A DNA stretch of 64,000 nucleotides from an uncultured Gammaproteobacteria bacterium (GTDB taxonomy: Bacteria; Patescibacteriota; Patescibacteriia; UBA10025; JAHIVO01), in NCBI GenBank assembly GCA_964415025.1, contig CAYPXF010000001.1, forward strand, positions 9,390 through 73,389. The letters are read 5' to 3'. This document shows, piece by piece, positions 27,368 to 37,798 of this stretch; the first letter of the stretch is position 1; every line of letters begins with the position of its first letter. Both the position numbers and the translations under genes were made by a program. A model generated the notes under the pieces. That model was given only the letters and a program-made list of their open reading frames with translations, was not told the origin of the DNA and searched no databases.

Positions 27368-29689
27368 CTATTTCTGGAGCAATATTTTATAATTAACATC
27401 CTGTACAATATCCCTTACCAGCTCCACAACATGTCCTCGTGAGTGCATGCCTGGCTGCATCCACACCAGCTCATGCTCATCATCATATGCCACCGTACTG
27501 GCTAAACTATTATTAACCATGCCTGGCTGCTGCTGAACATAGAGTGAATACACATCAGTAGGATTAAGCCAGCCGCCTAGGTCCAGGGCAAACGGCAAAC
27601 GATAGGTAAATGTCATCTCACCGACCTCGCCGGGATCAATCGACAGCCAGTTGCCGAATACTGTTTTATTAAACTCGGTGGTAATCCGTGTGTGCGAACG
27701 CTCGTCTACGATAGGTTCTGATACGATCTGTTCTAAACCAGGGTCTGGCCTGGCGTCGTCATCAGGCAGTCTATATCGGAATGAAGGAATATCTGTCTGC
27801 CCTGAAACCGACACCAGTTCACTGCCGGCTGGCACATAGAGCCTGATATAGGCGACGTTTGCCTGTCCTTCCCATGTGTCGAGCGCATTGCCGGTATGAC
27901 GTCTGATAATCGAAACTGTATTTATGATTGAGCCGTCAGCCTGTATGTCAGCGCGGTGCTTTACCAGCTGTTCAATAGCCGTGTCAGTCTTGCCGCCGGC
28001 AATATTCGTGACAACTGGCATGAGATAGTCGCCGTCAGTATGAACTAATGAACCGTCTCCGACCAGCTGCCGCATAGCTTCCTGTGCCTGTTCGTCAGTA
28101 AAATACATCATAATATCACGCCGCTGCATACTGGCATACAGCGCGTCGATCATGCCGATAATGTGCTGCGGATCAGCGCTAAATATGTTTTGCATGAGCA
28201 GCGGCATAAGGTCTGAGATAAACTGTTTTGGTTTGTTTTCTTCACGGTCATAGCCTATTTCAGCCCAGTACTGCGCCTGGTAGACGAAGTTTTCTTCAGT
28301 AACCGTAACATCGTAATCAGGCATGGATATGGGTCCGACTATTTCTAATAAATGCTCTACCACCGTCGGCGTCATAGACACCACCCCATCGACTGTGGTG
28401 CGTCCGGCCCGTTCATAAAACCACATTAATTTCTGTGCGCTGGTCGGAAAATCGGGAAACCAATTGCTATCCTGGATATTCCAGTGCGGATTAACCAGCC
28501 AAAGCGGTTTCGGAGCGATAATCTTATCATTCAGCTGGCCGGCAATGTCGTACACGCCACCGCCGGGTACCTCGATATTTTTTATGATACCCTCATCAAT
28601 ATCGAGTAAGGCGATGGATCCGATAAATCCGCCTGTCGGACGCAGTTCCCGATTGTTTTGAAAAATAAACAAATAACGCTGCGGCGATTCATGCCCGAGC
28701 ACGGTTAGTAATACGTCACTAAATGATATAAACGACCCAAAGCCCTGCTCAAGCACGGGTAAGAGCTCCTGAATACCAGCGATTTGATCACGATGTGACG
28801 CTGGTATATCTTCTATACGGACAGAGGCTAACTTATCAGCTGCCTGCTGTATATGCTGATGCGCTGGCTGTAAATCATCGCGCATCACTATCAAATACTG
28901 TGTCAGAGATGAGGCGCTAGGACTATTAACCACTTGATTGCTGCTTATTTCCTTACTCTGCTCAATCCCCCTAGCAATAAGCGATCCGGCCTGGGCAATA
29001 TGCCGCCCTGCTTCGAGTAACTGATCCGCTGATCGAACCTGTCCAGGTATAAGCGCGGTCACATCGGTAATTATCCCGCCGGCGGTATCGAGCTCAAGCT
29101 GTGCCTGGATAAAATTATCAGAGGCTCGATCAAACGACGCGCCGGCCTGGCCAAAATCAGCGCCAATAATATAATCGCCCGCCTGCTGTAAATTTTCATA
29201 AGCTTGCGACGACACCCCCAGCACTTCCCCTTTGGCCGATTGGGCGCGGTAGTAAAAAGCCAGCGCATAAAACGGCATGATGAGCAGAAGACACGAGGTC
29301 ACAAAAACAACCATCTTTTTTTGCCATCCTTTTGTCAGCGTAAAAATGCTCCAGTTAATTTTTTCCCGTGGCGGCGTCTCAATAAGCCCGGCAGGCCTGT
29401 GTTTAATTTTTTTTGTTTTTGGCTGCTTGGTACGAATCGGCTGGTAGCTTTTGTTTTCTGATACCAGCACGGTCTCGCGTGATTCCCGTGAATAAAACTT
29501 TGATTTTTGTCGCTGTTTGCGCCAATTTTGCCAGGTGCTTGCAATACGCTGCCAAAACGATACCCGCTGGGTAATGCTTTGCTTTTCAGGTACTATAGCC
29601 GCCTTTTTTTTCCGCAAATCAATAACATTTTCCTGCGGTATTCGGCTGGAATCATGGTGCTGCCTGTTAGAGCGTGGATTATATATCAT
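27368..29689 (-). CDS. DUF4012 domain membrane-anchored protein
   Basis: YLFIFQNNRELRPTGGFIGS, QDSNWFPDFPTSA, NIAGGKTD, YIRLYVPAGS. Confidence 0.88.
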   Translation of the reverse strand: MIYNPRSNRQHHDSSRIPQENVIDLRKKKAAIVPEKQSITQRVSFWQRIASTWQNWRKQRQKSKFYSRESRETVLVSENKSYQPIRTKQPKTKKIKHRPAGLIETPPREKINWSIFTLTKGWQKKMVVFVTSCLLLIMPFYALAFYYRAQSAKGEVLGVSSQAYENLQQAGDYIIGADFGQAGASFDRASDNFIQAQLELDTAGGIITDVTALIPGQVRSADQLLEAGRHIAQAGSLIARGIEQSKEISSNQVVNSPSASSLTQYLIVMRDDLQPAHQHIQQAADKLASVRIEDIPASHRDQIAGIQELLPVLEQGFGSFISFSDVLLTVLGHESPQRYLFIFQNNRELRPTGGFIGSIALLDIDEGIIKNIEVPGGGVYDIAGQLNDKIIAPKPLWLVNPHWNIQDSNWFPDFPTSAQKLMWFYERAGRTTVDGVVSMTPTVVEHLLEIVGPISMPDYDVTVTEENFVYQAQYWAEIGYDREENKPKQFISDLMPLLMQNIFSADPQHIIGMIDALYASMQRRDIMMYFTDEQAQEAMRQLVGDGSLVHTDGDYLMPVVTNIAGGKTDTAIEQLVKHRADIQADGSIINTVSIIRRHTGNALDTWEGQANVAYIRLYVPAGSELVSVSGQTDIPSFRYRLPDDDARPDPGLEQIVSEPIVDERSHTRITTEFNKTVFGNWLSIDPGEVGEMTFTYRLPFALDLGGWLNPTDVYSLYVQQQPGMVNNSLASTVAYDDEHELVWMQPGMHSRGHVVELVRDIVQDVNYKILLQK

Positions 29690-29715
29690 AGTGTTATAAT
29701 ACTATAGTATACCAA

Positions 29716-30837
29716 TCAGCAGGCATTATACAAGTCGCGCGTACGTTCAGCCATGATGCGCCAGCTAAACCGCTTTAACTGTTCTGAACCTGACGCACGG
29801 AGCTCATCCGCACGTTTTGGATCATCCAGTATGCTGCTAATAGTTTTTGCTATCTCCTCTGGATTATGCGGGTCAAAAAATACCGCCGCCTGGCCAAGTA
29901 TCTCTGGTAATGACGAGTTATTACTGGCCGCTACCGGCACATGATACAGGCATGCTTCGAGAGCTGGCAGGCCAAAACCTTCACAAAAGGATGGAAACAC
30001 ATACACTGACGCGCCGCGGTATATAGCAGCTAATTCTTCATCTGGAACAAATCCGGTAAAAACCACCTCTTGGGTAATGCCCCGCGTCGCCGCATAATCC
30101 TGGATACGTCGGAAAAAATAGTCCCGCTTGCCGACCAGTACGAGCTGATAGGCGGGGTAATGCTGAACAACTTTTGTATAGGCCCGCAGTAATCCCTCAA
30201 TATTTTTATGGGGGTAGGCGTTCCCCACGTAGAGAATGTATGGCGGGGAAATGGCGTACCGCTGCATAATTGTCCGGAAATCCTGATGCGGCTCTGGTAA
30301 TGGATCAACTGACTCATATGTCACGCTAATCTTTTCTGCTCGAATAGTAAAATGTTTTATAATATCCTGTTTAGTGAATTTTGAAACGGCTATTACGCGT
30401 CTTGCCCGGCGTACTGCGCTGCGAATTATAATCCGGTAGCTAATATGTTTGAGCCAGTACAGTAGCGGGCCGAGCGTGCTAGACCGCTGGGTTGGATAAC
30501 GAGCCAGGATTAAATCATGGATAGTGACGATAAACGGGCGGCGGTAGAGTAGCGGTACATTAAAATGCGTGAAGTGCACCAGATTGAGCTTGTACCGGAG
30601 CAATACTATCGGCAACATAATCTGCTCCTTGGCCGTGTACCAGCGGTAATCAGCCAGCACCTTATGAAAGCGTTCAGACGATGGCTGATACTCATGCCAA
30701 TTATCCCGGCGTAGAAAAATATAATACTCATTATCCGTATCGATTTGCTCAAGATATGAGATAAGCTTCTGGGTATAGCGCCCCAATCCTTTGCTTTGGG
30801 AGCCGTAAAATCTGGCGTCAATGCCAATACGTTTCAT
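29716..30837 (-). CDS. Glycosyltransferase family 4
   Basis: IGIDAR, VTIHDL, YVGNAYPHKN, EGFGLPALEA. Confidence 0.92.
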   Translation of the reverse strand: MKRIGIDARFYGSQSKGLGRYTQKLISYLEQIDTDNEYYIFLRRDNWHEYQPSSERFHKVLADYRWYTAKEQIMLPIVLLRYKLNLVHFTHFNVPLLYRRPFIVTIHDLILARYPTQRSSTLGPLLYWLKHISYRIIIRSAVRRARRVIAVSKFTKQDIIKHFTIRAEKISVTYESVDPLPEPHQDFRTIMQRYAISPPYILYVGNAYPHKNIEGLLRAYTKVVQHYPAYQLVLVGKRDYFFRRIQDYAATRGITQEVVFTGFVPDEELAAIYRGASVYVFPSFCEGFGLPALEACLYHVPVAASNNSSLPEILGQAAVFFDPHNPEEIAKTISSILDDPKRADELRASGSEQLKRFSWRIMAERTRDLYNAC

Positions 30838-31943
30838 ATGTTTGCTGCATTATTAATAATTGCCGCGGTTTTTCGTGCAGTTATGTCCCACGAATAGCGA
30901 CAGCTCTGCTGCTGGCCGCTACAAATCAGCTGGCTGCGGAGATTTCGATCTGTCACGATATTGACCATGGCTTTGGCGATTTCTTGCGCATTATACGGAT
31001 CTATCAGCAGCGCGGCATTACCGGCAACCTCGGGCAGGCTGGTACTAAAACTGGTTATCACCGGGACGCCTGCAGCCATAGCCTCGAGCACGGGTAAGCC
31101 AAATCCTTCATAGTACGACGGGTAGACAAACGCATCCGCCTGCTGCAATAGCGCTGCCTTTTCCTGTTCAGTAACATAGCCCAGCTGGTATATATGTTGC
31201 CTGGGTATTGATTTACGCATAAGCGCGTTTTTACCGGCCAGTACCAGCACATGGTCAGATAAATGTTTGCGGGCTATGCGCCACGCCTGGATAAAACCCC
31301 GGATATTTTTACGCGCCTCGAGTGTACCGACAAACAATATGTACGGCTTGGTCAGGCCGTAACGCGACCGGATAAAATCCCGATCATATCCACCAAAGCG
31401 AGCCGCCGTCTGCCCCAGTGGCGTTACATGGATTGTGGCAGGATCCAGGTCATATGCCATGCATACATCCTGTTTGGTGCTTTGCGAAACGCTGATGATT
31501 GCCGTCGCTTGATTGATTAGTCGTTCTGGCCTGACAAAGCGATGCCACCAGTATTGTTTGGCCCGATAAAATCCCCGGTAACGGAACGATAGGTCATGGA
31601 CAGTGAGTACCAGCTTGCATTGGGGCGAAACCGTACCGAAATGAATATTCGGCATGAAAAAAACATCAGCTCCGCCAACCATAGTATCTAAGTACGGTCT
31701 GCCCGCAGCAAACAGAGCGGTATTAAAAATTTTATTCGGCATACTGGAGGTGTGGACAGTAGCCGGTAAACTCCGCAGAAATGCACTGATGTGCTGTGGC
31801 AGACCGCGACAGGAATTATAAAAAAAGTGATAGTCATGACTATCCTCAAATGTCACTAAACGGCTGATGACTTGTTTTGTATATACCGGCACACCAGACG
31901 GGTACCGCTCTACCAATGATCGAATATCAATGCCAATGCGCAT
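30834..31943 (-). CDS. Glycosyltransferase family 4
   Basis: TVHDLS, FVGTLEARKN, YPSYYEGFGLPVLEAMA. Confidence 0.92.
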   Translation of the reverse strand: MRIGIDIRSLVERYPSGVPVYTKQVISRLVTFEDSHDYHFFYNSCRGLPQHISAFLRSLPATVHTSSMPNKIFNTALFAAGRPYLDTMVGGADVFFMPNIHFGTVSPQCKLVLTVHDLSFRYRGFYRAKQYWWHRFVRPERLINQATAIISVSQSTKQDVCMAYDLDPATIHVTPLGQTAARFGGYDRDFIRSRYGLTKPYILFVGTLEARKNIRGFIQAWRIARKHLSDHVLVLAGKNALMRKSIPRQHIYQLGYVTEQEKAALLQQADAFVYPSYYEGFGLPVLEAMAAGVPVITSFSTSLPEVAGNAALLIDPYNAQEIAKAMVNIVTDRNLRSQLICSGQQQSCRYSWDITARKTAAIINNAANI

Positions 31944-31952
31944 ACGCGCCCT

Positions 31953-32561
31953 TTAGCCTAAATCACGTTCCGGACGTTTCCAATACTCGATGAAATAAAC
32001 AGCCACGGTAGCTATGATAAATCCAGCCACAAGTCCGATAGCTGTATTTATAATCGGATCAGGTTTGTTCTCTACGATAACCGGCGTTGCCCCGACCACC
32101 TCGAAAAAGGCCTGTTGGTCACTGGTTTGATTAGCGGCCGTGGATTTTTCCTCTACCGTGCTGATAATAGCCTGGGCGATTTTATCAGCCGTGGCGTGAT
32201 CACGCTCCTGATACTGGACAACAATGTTTTGGGGTGAATATTTTCTGGTTCGGAATCGAGAACTGATTTCCTCAATCGATGAAATGTCAGGATCTATACC
32301 GGCTTGTCCATAGATCTCGAGCAATACTGATGGTGTCATAAACCAGCTCATCACGGTCTGGGAAAACAGATCAGATGCCTGAATAGCATAATAACCGTCA
32401 AACTGGTAGTCCTGTGTTGTTTGCTGGTTGATACGGTTTATAGAAAACGAAATCGAAGTATCAAAATAAACCGGCCGTACAAAAGAAAAAATTAGTGCTG
32501 CGGCACCGGCTACAACGGTTATGCTCATGATGGCAACCTTATATTTCCTCATACTGTTCAT
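31953..32561 (-). CDS. Wzz/CpsC-like polysaccharide chain-length protein
   Basis: N- and C-terminal TM segments, P-x-P motif before the C-terminal GLVAG helix; glycan operon. Confidence 0.65.
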   Translation of the reverse strand: MNSMRKYKVAIMSITVVAGAAALIFSFVRPVYFDTSISFSINRINQQTTQDYQFDGYYAIQASDLFSQTVMSWFMTPSVLLEIYGQAGIDPDISSIEEISSRFRTRKYSPQNIVVQYQERDHATADKIAQAIISTVEEKSTAANQTSDQQAFFEVVGATPVIVENKPDPIINTAIGLVAGFIIATVAVYFIEYWKRPERDLG

Positions 32562-32579
32562 ATAATATCCTTAAATGTA

Positions 32580-33683
32580 TTATGCCGTAAAATTGAAGTT
32601 TTGCCAAGCGTTTTCTATATATGACTTTATTCTATTTTTAAAAACGCTGGTATCAAACTCTTCGGCATGGGCCCGTACTGCCGCTGGATCAAATTGCTCT
32701 GGTTTGAAATGAATCACCGTATCAGCCAGCGCCTCCCATGATTGCTCATCAAACAGCATACCGGTTTTGCCTGGCACTACAGTTTCCAGTGCGCCGCCCG
32801 CTTCATAGGCAATCACCGGCCGACCGCAAGCCATAGCCTCGAGCGGAGTTATGCCAAAATCCTCTTCCTGGGGATGGATGAGCGCTTTACATCCGGAAAT
32901 ATAGTGATTTATCTTTTTATCAGGCACAAATCCGAGGAATTTAATATGTGGCCCGGCCATGGCTTCCAGCCGTTCTCGCTCTTCCCCCTCGCCGATTACA
33001 TATAGCGGCAGTCCTAATTTATTAAATGCCTGCACCGCTAAATCAACGCGTTTGTATGGGCGCAGCCGTGATACTATCAAAAAGTAATCCTCAATACGGG
33101 AACTAACGGAAAACCTGTCCACCTCTATCGGGGGATTGATAACAGTACTGTCATGCTGATAATATTTTTTTATACGGTGCGCGACAAACCTCGAATTGGC
33201 TATAAACGTATCAACCCGGTCAGCCGCCAGCCGATCCCATATCCGCAAATAACTGCGGTATAGCTGTGAAGCGCGGCCGATGAAACGCCGCCGCTCGAGC
33301 TTATCGATAACTTGATTATGGTCGCTCCATAAATACCGTGTCGGGGTATGACAGTAACACACGTGCATGGTACGCGGCGGCGTGATAATCCCTTTGGCCA
33401 GACCGGAGCTGTCAGACAATACCACGTCAAAACCTGACAAATCATAGCTCTCGGTAGCCGGTACCATCATCGGCAAATACCAGCGGAATTTTTTCCGGGC
33501 GAGCGGAAATCTGCTAATAAATGACTGCCTGATAGCACACCCATCAAACACGTGCTGCGTTTTGTCAGCATCATAAATTAACGTGTAAATCGGTGCGTCG
33601 GGATATAATTCGCTGAACGCCTTGAGCACGCGCTCTGCCCCTCCGAGCTGATTTAGGTGGTCATGGACCAGGGCGATTTTCAT
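32580..33683 (-). CDS. Glycosyltransferase family 4 (mannosyltransferase-like)
   Basis: ALVHDHLNQLGGAERVL, YCHTPTRYLW, EEDFGITPLEAMACG. Confidence 0.92.
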   Translation of the reverse strand: MKIALVHDHLNQLGGAERVLKAFSELYPDAPIYTLIYDADKTQHVFDGCAIRQSFISRFPLARKKFRWYLPMMVPATESYDLSGFDVVLSDSSGLAKGIITPPRTMHVCYCHTPTRYLWSDHNQVIDKLERRRFIGRASQLYRSYLRIWDRLAADRVDTFIANSRFVAHRIKKYYQHDSTVINPPIEVDRFSVSSRIEDYFLIVSRLRPYKRVDLAVQAFNKLGLPLYVIGEGEERERLEAMAGPHIKFLGFVPDKKINHYISGCKALIHPQEEDFGITPLEAMACGRPVIAYEAGGALETVVPGKTGMLFDEQSWEALADTVIHFKPEQFDPAAVRAHAEEFDTSVFKNRIKSYIENAWQNFNFTA

Positions 33684-33686
33684 AGG

Positions 33687-35078
33687 CTAGGCAGCTGTCT
33701 TTGCGCTCAAAACAACCCACGGTGTCTTGAGCAGTATTTGGAAATCAAGTTTAGGTGACCAATTCTCTATGTAGTATATGTCAAGTTTGGCCTCATCTTC
33801 GAAGTGTAAATCGGAACGGCCGGACACCTGTGCCAACCCCGTCATGCCAGGCTTAATAGTTAAGAGTGTCTGATGCCAGCGCTCATACTTAGATACTTCC
33901 TCTGGCTCATGCGGTCGGGGGCCAACTAAACTCATCTCGCCCTTGAGCACATTGATGAGTTGGGGAAATTCATCGAGGCTTGTTTTCCGCAGTATTCTCC
34001 CGACCCGAGTGATGCGTGGGTCGTCCTTTATCTTGAATAAGGGGCCGTCAGATCGTTCATTATAACGTAATAAATCTTTTTTTAATTGCTGTGCGTTTCT
34101 AACCATTGATCTGAACTTGTACAGCGTAAACCGTTGTCCCCGTTCACCGACACGCTCCAGCCGGGCAAACACGCCACCTTGCGAATCGACTACAATGCAC
34201 ACCGCGACAATCATAAATACTGGTGACAGCATGATGAGCAGTAACAACGACAAGGTAAAGTCAAGTCCGCGTTTAAATATCCTGCCCCACCCGTCTAGCT
34301 TCGTACGCTGGACCTCGATAATCGGGATGCCCGCTATCATATTAATTCTAATATGGGTCGGCTGAACCTCAAATAAATCAGTCGCGTATTTGAAGGTAAT
34401 GTGGTAATCAGCGCAGGCGTTGCGTATGGCGATGACCTGCTCTTTTGGCAGGTGGGCATCGGTCTGAATTATTTCGTCAATTGTTTCTGTATTAATTTTT
34501 TTTATGAACTCATGCTGCGCAGTTTCGTCAAACTGATCATAGTGATCAATAATTTTATATCCCTGTGAGGGATATTTATGGATGTGCTTAATGATATCTT
34601 CAGTGGTCTTGTTGCTGCCAATGATAACTACATTATGCAATCCTGTGCCCTTTTTCAGCAAAGCTCGCTGAATGCCGCGTACGATTAAACGGCCAATGCT
34701 GACCATGAATATAGAAAATATCCAGCCAAAAATGACGATAAACCTGGATGAAAACAATTCACGCTGAAAAAATATTATAATAATGACCAAAGCAATCGCC
34801 GCGGTACAAGCGACAAATACCGTGGTAATCTCATCGATCAGCCGTCGCGTGCTTTTTATGGCATAGAGGCCGGACAAGGCAAATATTATTATAAATACAA
34901 ACGGAATAATAAATAGTACCTGCATATAGTCACGCAAGACTATCTCCGTAACAATCGGCTTAATGTCCGTAAAAAAGGGCACAAAGCGCAATTGGTAAGC
35001 AAAAATACCCGCACAAATAACCATGAAGTAATCAACGGGTATTAATATCGCACTGAAAATTAATTCAGACTTCTTCAT
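33687..35078 (-). CDS. Priming undecaprenyl-phosphate sugar phosphotransferase (WcaJ/CpsE family)
   Basis: KRGLD, YKFRSM, DDPRITRVG, SLDEFPQL, SLVGPRP, KPGMTGLAQV; start moved to MKKSE because the longer ORF overlaps rnpB. Confidence 0.93.
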   Translation of the reverse strand: MKKSELIFSAILIPVDYFMVICAGIFAYQLRFVPFFTDIKPIVTEIVLRDYMQVLFIIPFVFIIIFALSGLYAIKSTRRLIDEITTVFVACTAAIALVIIIIFFQRELFSSRFIVIFGWIFSIFMVSIGRLIVRGIQRALLKKGTGLHNVVIIGSNKTTEDIIKHIHKYPSQGYKIIDHYDQFDETAQHEFIKKINTETIDEIIQTDAHLPKEQVIAIRNACADYHITFKYATDLFEVQPTHIRINMIAGIPIIEVQRTKLDGWGRIFKRGLDFTLSLLLLIMLSPVFMIVAVCIVVDSQGGVFARLERVGERGQRFTLYKFRSMVRNAQQLKKDLLRYNERSDGPLFKIKDDPRITRVGRILRKTSLDEFPQLINVLKGEMSLVGPRPHEPEEVSKYERWHQTLLTIKPGMTGLAQVSGRSDLHFEDEAKLDIYYIENWSPKLDFQILLKTPWVVLSAKTAA

Positions 35079-35090
35079 ATAATAGAGGTG

Positions 35091-35712
35091 GTAAGCTCCA
35101 GCAGGATCATAAGCCGAATTCTGTCCCGCCCGCACCGTCAGACGGTGAAGGGGTAATGGTTATCTATCTTGTCCTGATATTGCTATCAGGATCATGCAAC
35201 CAACCCACCCCCACGCCTTTTATGTACGCCTTTATTACAGTTTTTTCTGTGAATGATGATGGCATCAAGCAAAACAGCAGTTTATATGCTCTATAATAGT
35301 ACACAAAAGGTGTGGGGGTCTACTTGGTCTTGCACCGGATAGGGTTTTTCACGCCAGCATGTCACCATACTGACCTGTGAGCTCTTACCTCACCGCTTTT
35401 CACCTTTACCCCCACACTGATACTTTTATTACTAGTATAATCGATTACTTGAACAAGAGTATCAGTGTGGGGGCAGTATCGTCTCTGTGACACTTTCCCT
35501 AGAATTCTGCTTTTTAAAAGGCTATAGCGCTCTTAAAAAATACGTTACTTCTGGTCGCATTTCGCGACTATCCTTGGCATCTTTGTCATAAAACAAAGAA
35601 GGGTGTTCGGACTTTCCTCTCCCCACACCAATACTTTCATTTATCGCTACTATCGGGCGTTGAAACGATAATATTGGTGTGGGGAGCAACCATCTCACCT
35701 CCTGGAGCTTAC
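35091..35712 (-). ncRNA. rnpB: RNase P RNA, unusually long (about 620 nt)
   Basis: GAGGAAAGTCC, AGTGTCACAGA, GGTGAAA, GGTAA, GGTGCAAG, AGATAGAT, ACAGAATTCGGCTTA in the correct order; P1 GTAAGCTCCAG/CTGGAGCTTAC. Confidence 0.93.
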
Positions 35713-35717
35713 TAACG

Positions 35718-35746
35718 ATAATAGCGAAATTGTCCATATTTGTCAA
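35718..35746 (-). promoter_or_regulatory. rnpB promoter
   Basis: TTGACA-17 nt-TATTAT just upstream of P1. Confidence 0.75.
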
Positions 35747-35798
35747 CTCCTATGGCTGTGCTATGCTAATTGTAAACAATCTCCTATAGTAATTCTAT

Positions 35799-36494
35799 AT
35801 GCTTGTTATTGCCCACCGTGGCGTCAGTAGTGAGCAGCACGAAAACACCCTATCGGCATTTGCAAAAGCACTCGACTATAAATGTACCATGGTTGAATGT
35901 GACGTGCATTGCTGTGCTTCAGGAGAACCAGTTGTACATCATGATGAGAATATCAATCACCCGCCTTTCCCCGGTAAACCAATTTCGCGTCTGACTTTGT
36001 CACAGTTAAAAACCGTCTCATTGCCCCAGGGCCAATCCATCCCGACCTTCAATGAACTGCTTACTCTTTTACGCGGCCAGACAAATATAAATATTGAGCT
36101 GAAAGGCAGGGCTACAGCAGCGCCAATCAGCCGACTTATTCAAATCCAGCTTTGGCGCGGCGCATGGCGCCCGGAACAGTTTCTCATCTCTTCATTTGCA
36201 CCGCGTGAACTGTTACGGAGCAAGCAGCTATTGCCAGACATCCGGCACGCATTGATTAGCATCAATTGGCCGATCCTGATACGGTTGTACAAACGTGCCA
36301 TGCCGCTATATTCGCTCCATATGGATGCCCATCATTTTCGACCACGACACATATCCCGTGCCCACCGACTCGGGCTGAAATTGTATTGCTATACGGTGAA
36401 TGATCCTGATCATGCCGCCGGACTAAAAGGACATGGCGTTGACGGGATATTCAGTGATATGCCGCATATGATACGGCATACGACACTCGAGTAG
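35799..36494 (+). CDS. Glycerophosphodiester phosphodiesterase
   Basis: IAHRG, ENTLSAF, VECDV, VVHHD, NIELKG, YTVND, GVDGIFSD. Confidence 0.93.
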   Translation: MLVIAHRGVSSEQHENTLSAFAKALDYKCTMVECDVHCCASGEPVVHHDENINHPPFPGKPISRLTLSQLKTVSLPQGQSIPTFNELLTLLRGQTNINIELKGRATAAPISRLIQIQLWRGAWRPEQFLISSFAPRELLRSKQLLPDIRHALISINWPILIRLYKRAMPLYSLHMDAHHFRPRHISRAHRLGLKLYCYTVNDPDHAAGLKGHGVDGIFSDMPHMIRHTTLE

Positions 36495-37382
36495 TTAGGA
36501 TGTCCCTGCAATCAAGTAGTTTTTGAAAAACTGGATTACATTTTTTTCGTAATTTGCTTCGTTAATAGTGTACGTATTCTCATGATCTGCATCACGGACC
36601 AGCCAAAACTCCTTCAGCCACGGTGCTGAACGGTGAAATTCCACTGCATCAGCCAGCGGGATTCGTTTATCATGTGCGCCGTGAATTATCATCAGCGGCC
36701 GGGCCTGTAGACGATCAATATAGGTAACCGGATTAATCCGGGGGTAGTATATCCCGGTACGTAGTTTTATTACCCAAAGCACGAAATAACCCATGGGGAA
36801 AAATGGCAGACCCTTGAAATAGCGCTGAAAATTATTCCAGATAACTGTTTTGAACCGGGCATAGGTGGAGTTGATGACGATTGCTTTTATTTCCGGGAGA
36901 TCCCCAGATTTCATCAGCGCCACCGCGCCGCCCATGGAAAAGCCGAGCACGCCGATGCGTTCAGCATCAATATCTTTCCTGTTTTTGAGATACTGGACCG
37001 CCCCTTCTAGATCCGCTTGTTCTTTGCTGCCGAATGTAATAAATGATCCTTCGCTCTGCCCTGATGCACGAAAATCAAATATTAAAATATTATATCCCGC
37101 GCGATTCAAAAACAGGGCATGCGGAATCATCTGTTCTTTTGATCGGCCATAGCCGTGCAGTAAAATAATGGTATGGCTATTGGTACCATGCAAAAAAACG
37201 CCAGCAAGCTTAAGGCCGTCGCTGGAAAAGAATGAGATATGTTCATAATCAGCCCCCTGTTTGTCCCAATCGTAGGCAATCAATTCTCGGGGCTTTTTCA
37301 TGATACGACTGGCAATAACCCAAGAAAATCCCACCATGAAAAAAAGCAACAACAGTACCAATAAAACAATGTTTATAATCAT
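36495..37382 (-). CDS. Membrane-anchored alpha/beta hydrolase
   Basis: LLHGYG, GFSMGG nucleophile elbow, IHGAHDKRIP, ADH. Confidence 0.9.
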   Translation of the reverse strand: MIINIVLLVLLLLFFMVGFSWVIASRIMKKPRELIAYDWDKQGADYEHISFFSSDGLKLAGVFLHGTNSHTIILLHGYGRSKEQMIPHALFLNRAGYNILIFDFRASGQSEGSFITFGSKEQADLEGAVQYLKNRKDIDAERIGVLGFSMGGAVALMKSGDLPEIKAIVINSTYARFKTVIWNNFQRYFKGLPFFPMGYFVLWVIKLRTGIYYPRINPVTYIDRLQARPLMIIHGAHDKRIPLADAVEFHRSAPWLKEFWLVRDADHENTYTINEANYEKNVIQFFKNYLIAGTS

Positions 37383-37388
37383 ACGGTA

Positions 37389-37796
37389 TTATAGTGCCTG
37401 ATCTATGGCCTGATTAACAAGTTTGTCAGCCTCGGTATTTTTTTCCCGCGGGATATGATGAAAAGAAACGCGCTTAAACCGCACCGCCAGGTTCCAAATC
37501 TGTACAAAAATTAATCCCAGACTTTGATTTTTAATTCTGGCCTTCCGGCTCAATTGATTAACAACCAACTCGCTGTCTGTATACACCTCAATTTCCTGGA
37601 CACCGAGCTGTTTGGCCTGTTGGAGAGCTGCTAAAACGGCTTTATACTCTGCCTGGTTGTTGGTCGCTCTACCGATGTACTCCTTACCTTCTCGGATAAT
37701 TTTGTCACCAGATTTAATAACGTAGCCAATACCAGCTGGTCCTGGATTACCGCGAGCTCCTCCGTCAGTGTAAATAGTTAATCGTGTATATGGCAT
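37389..37796 (-). CDS. rnhA: Ribonuclease HI
   Basis: TDGGARGNPGPAG, TNNQAEY, DSELVVNQ, HIPREKNTEADKL. Confidence 0.93.
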   Translation of the reverse strand: MPYTRLTIYTDGGARGNPGPAGIGYVIKSGDKIIREGKEYIGRATNNQAEYKAVLAALQQAKQLGVQEIEVYTDSELVVNQLSRKARIKNQSLGLIFVQIWNLAVRFKRVSFHHIPREKNTEADKLVNQAIDQAL

Positions 37797-37798
37797 AA

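Noticed and set aside
35079-35135. N-terminal extension of the sugar transferase ORF
   Set aside because: Overlaps the conserved 3' end of RNase P RNA; start at 35078 preferred
35522-35746. 74-aa ORF
   Set aside because: Lies inside rnpB and its promoter
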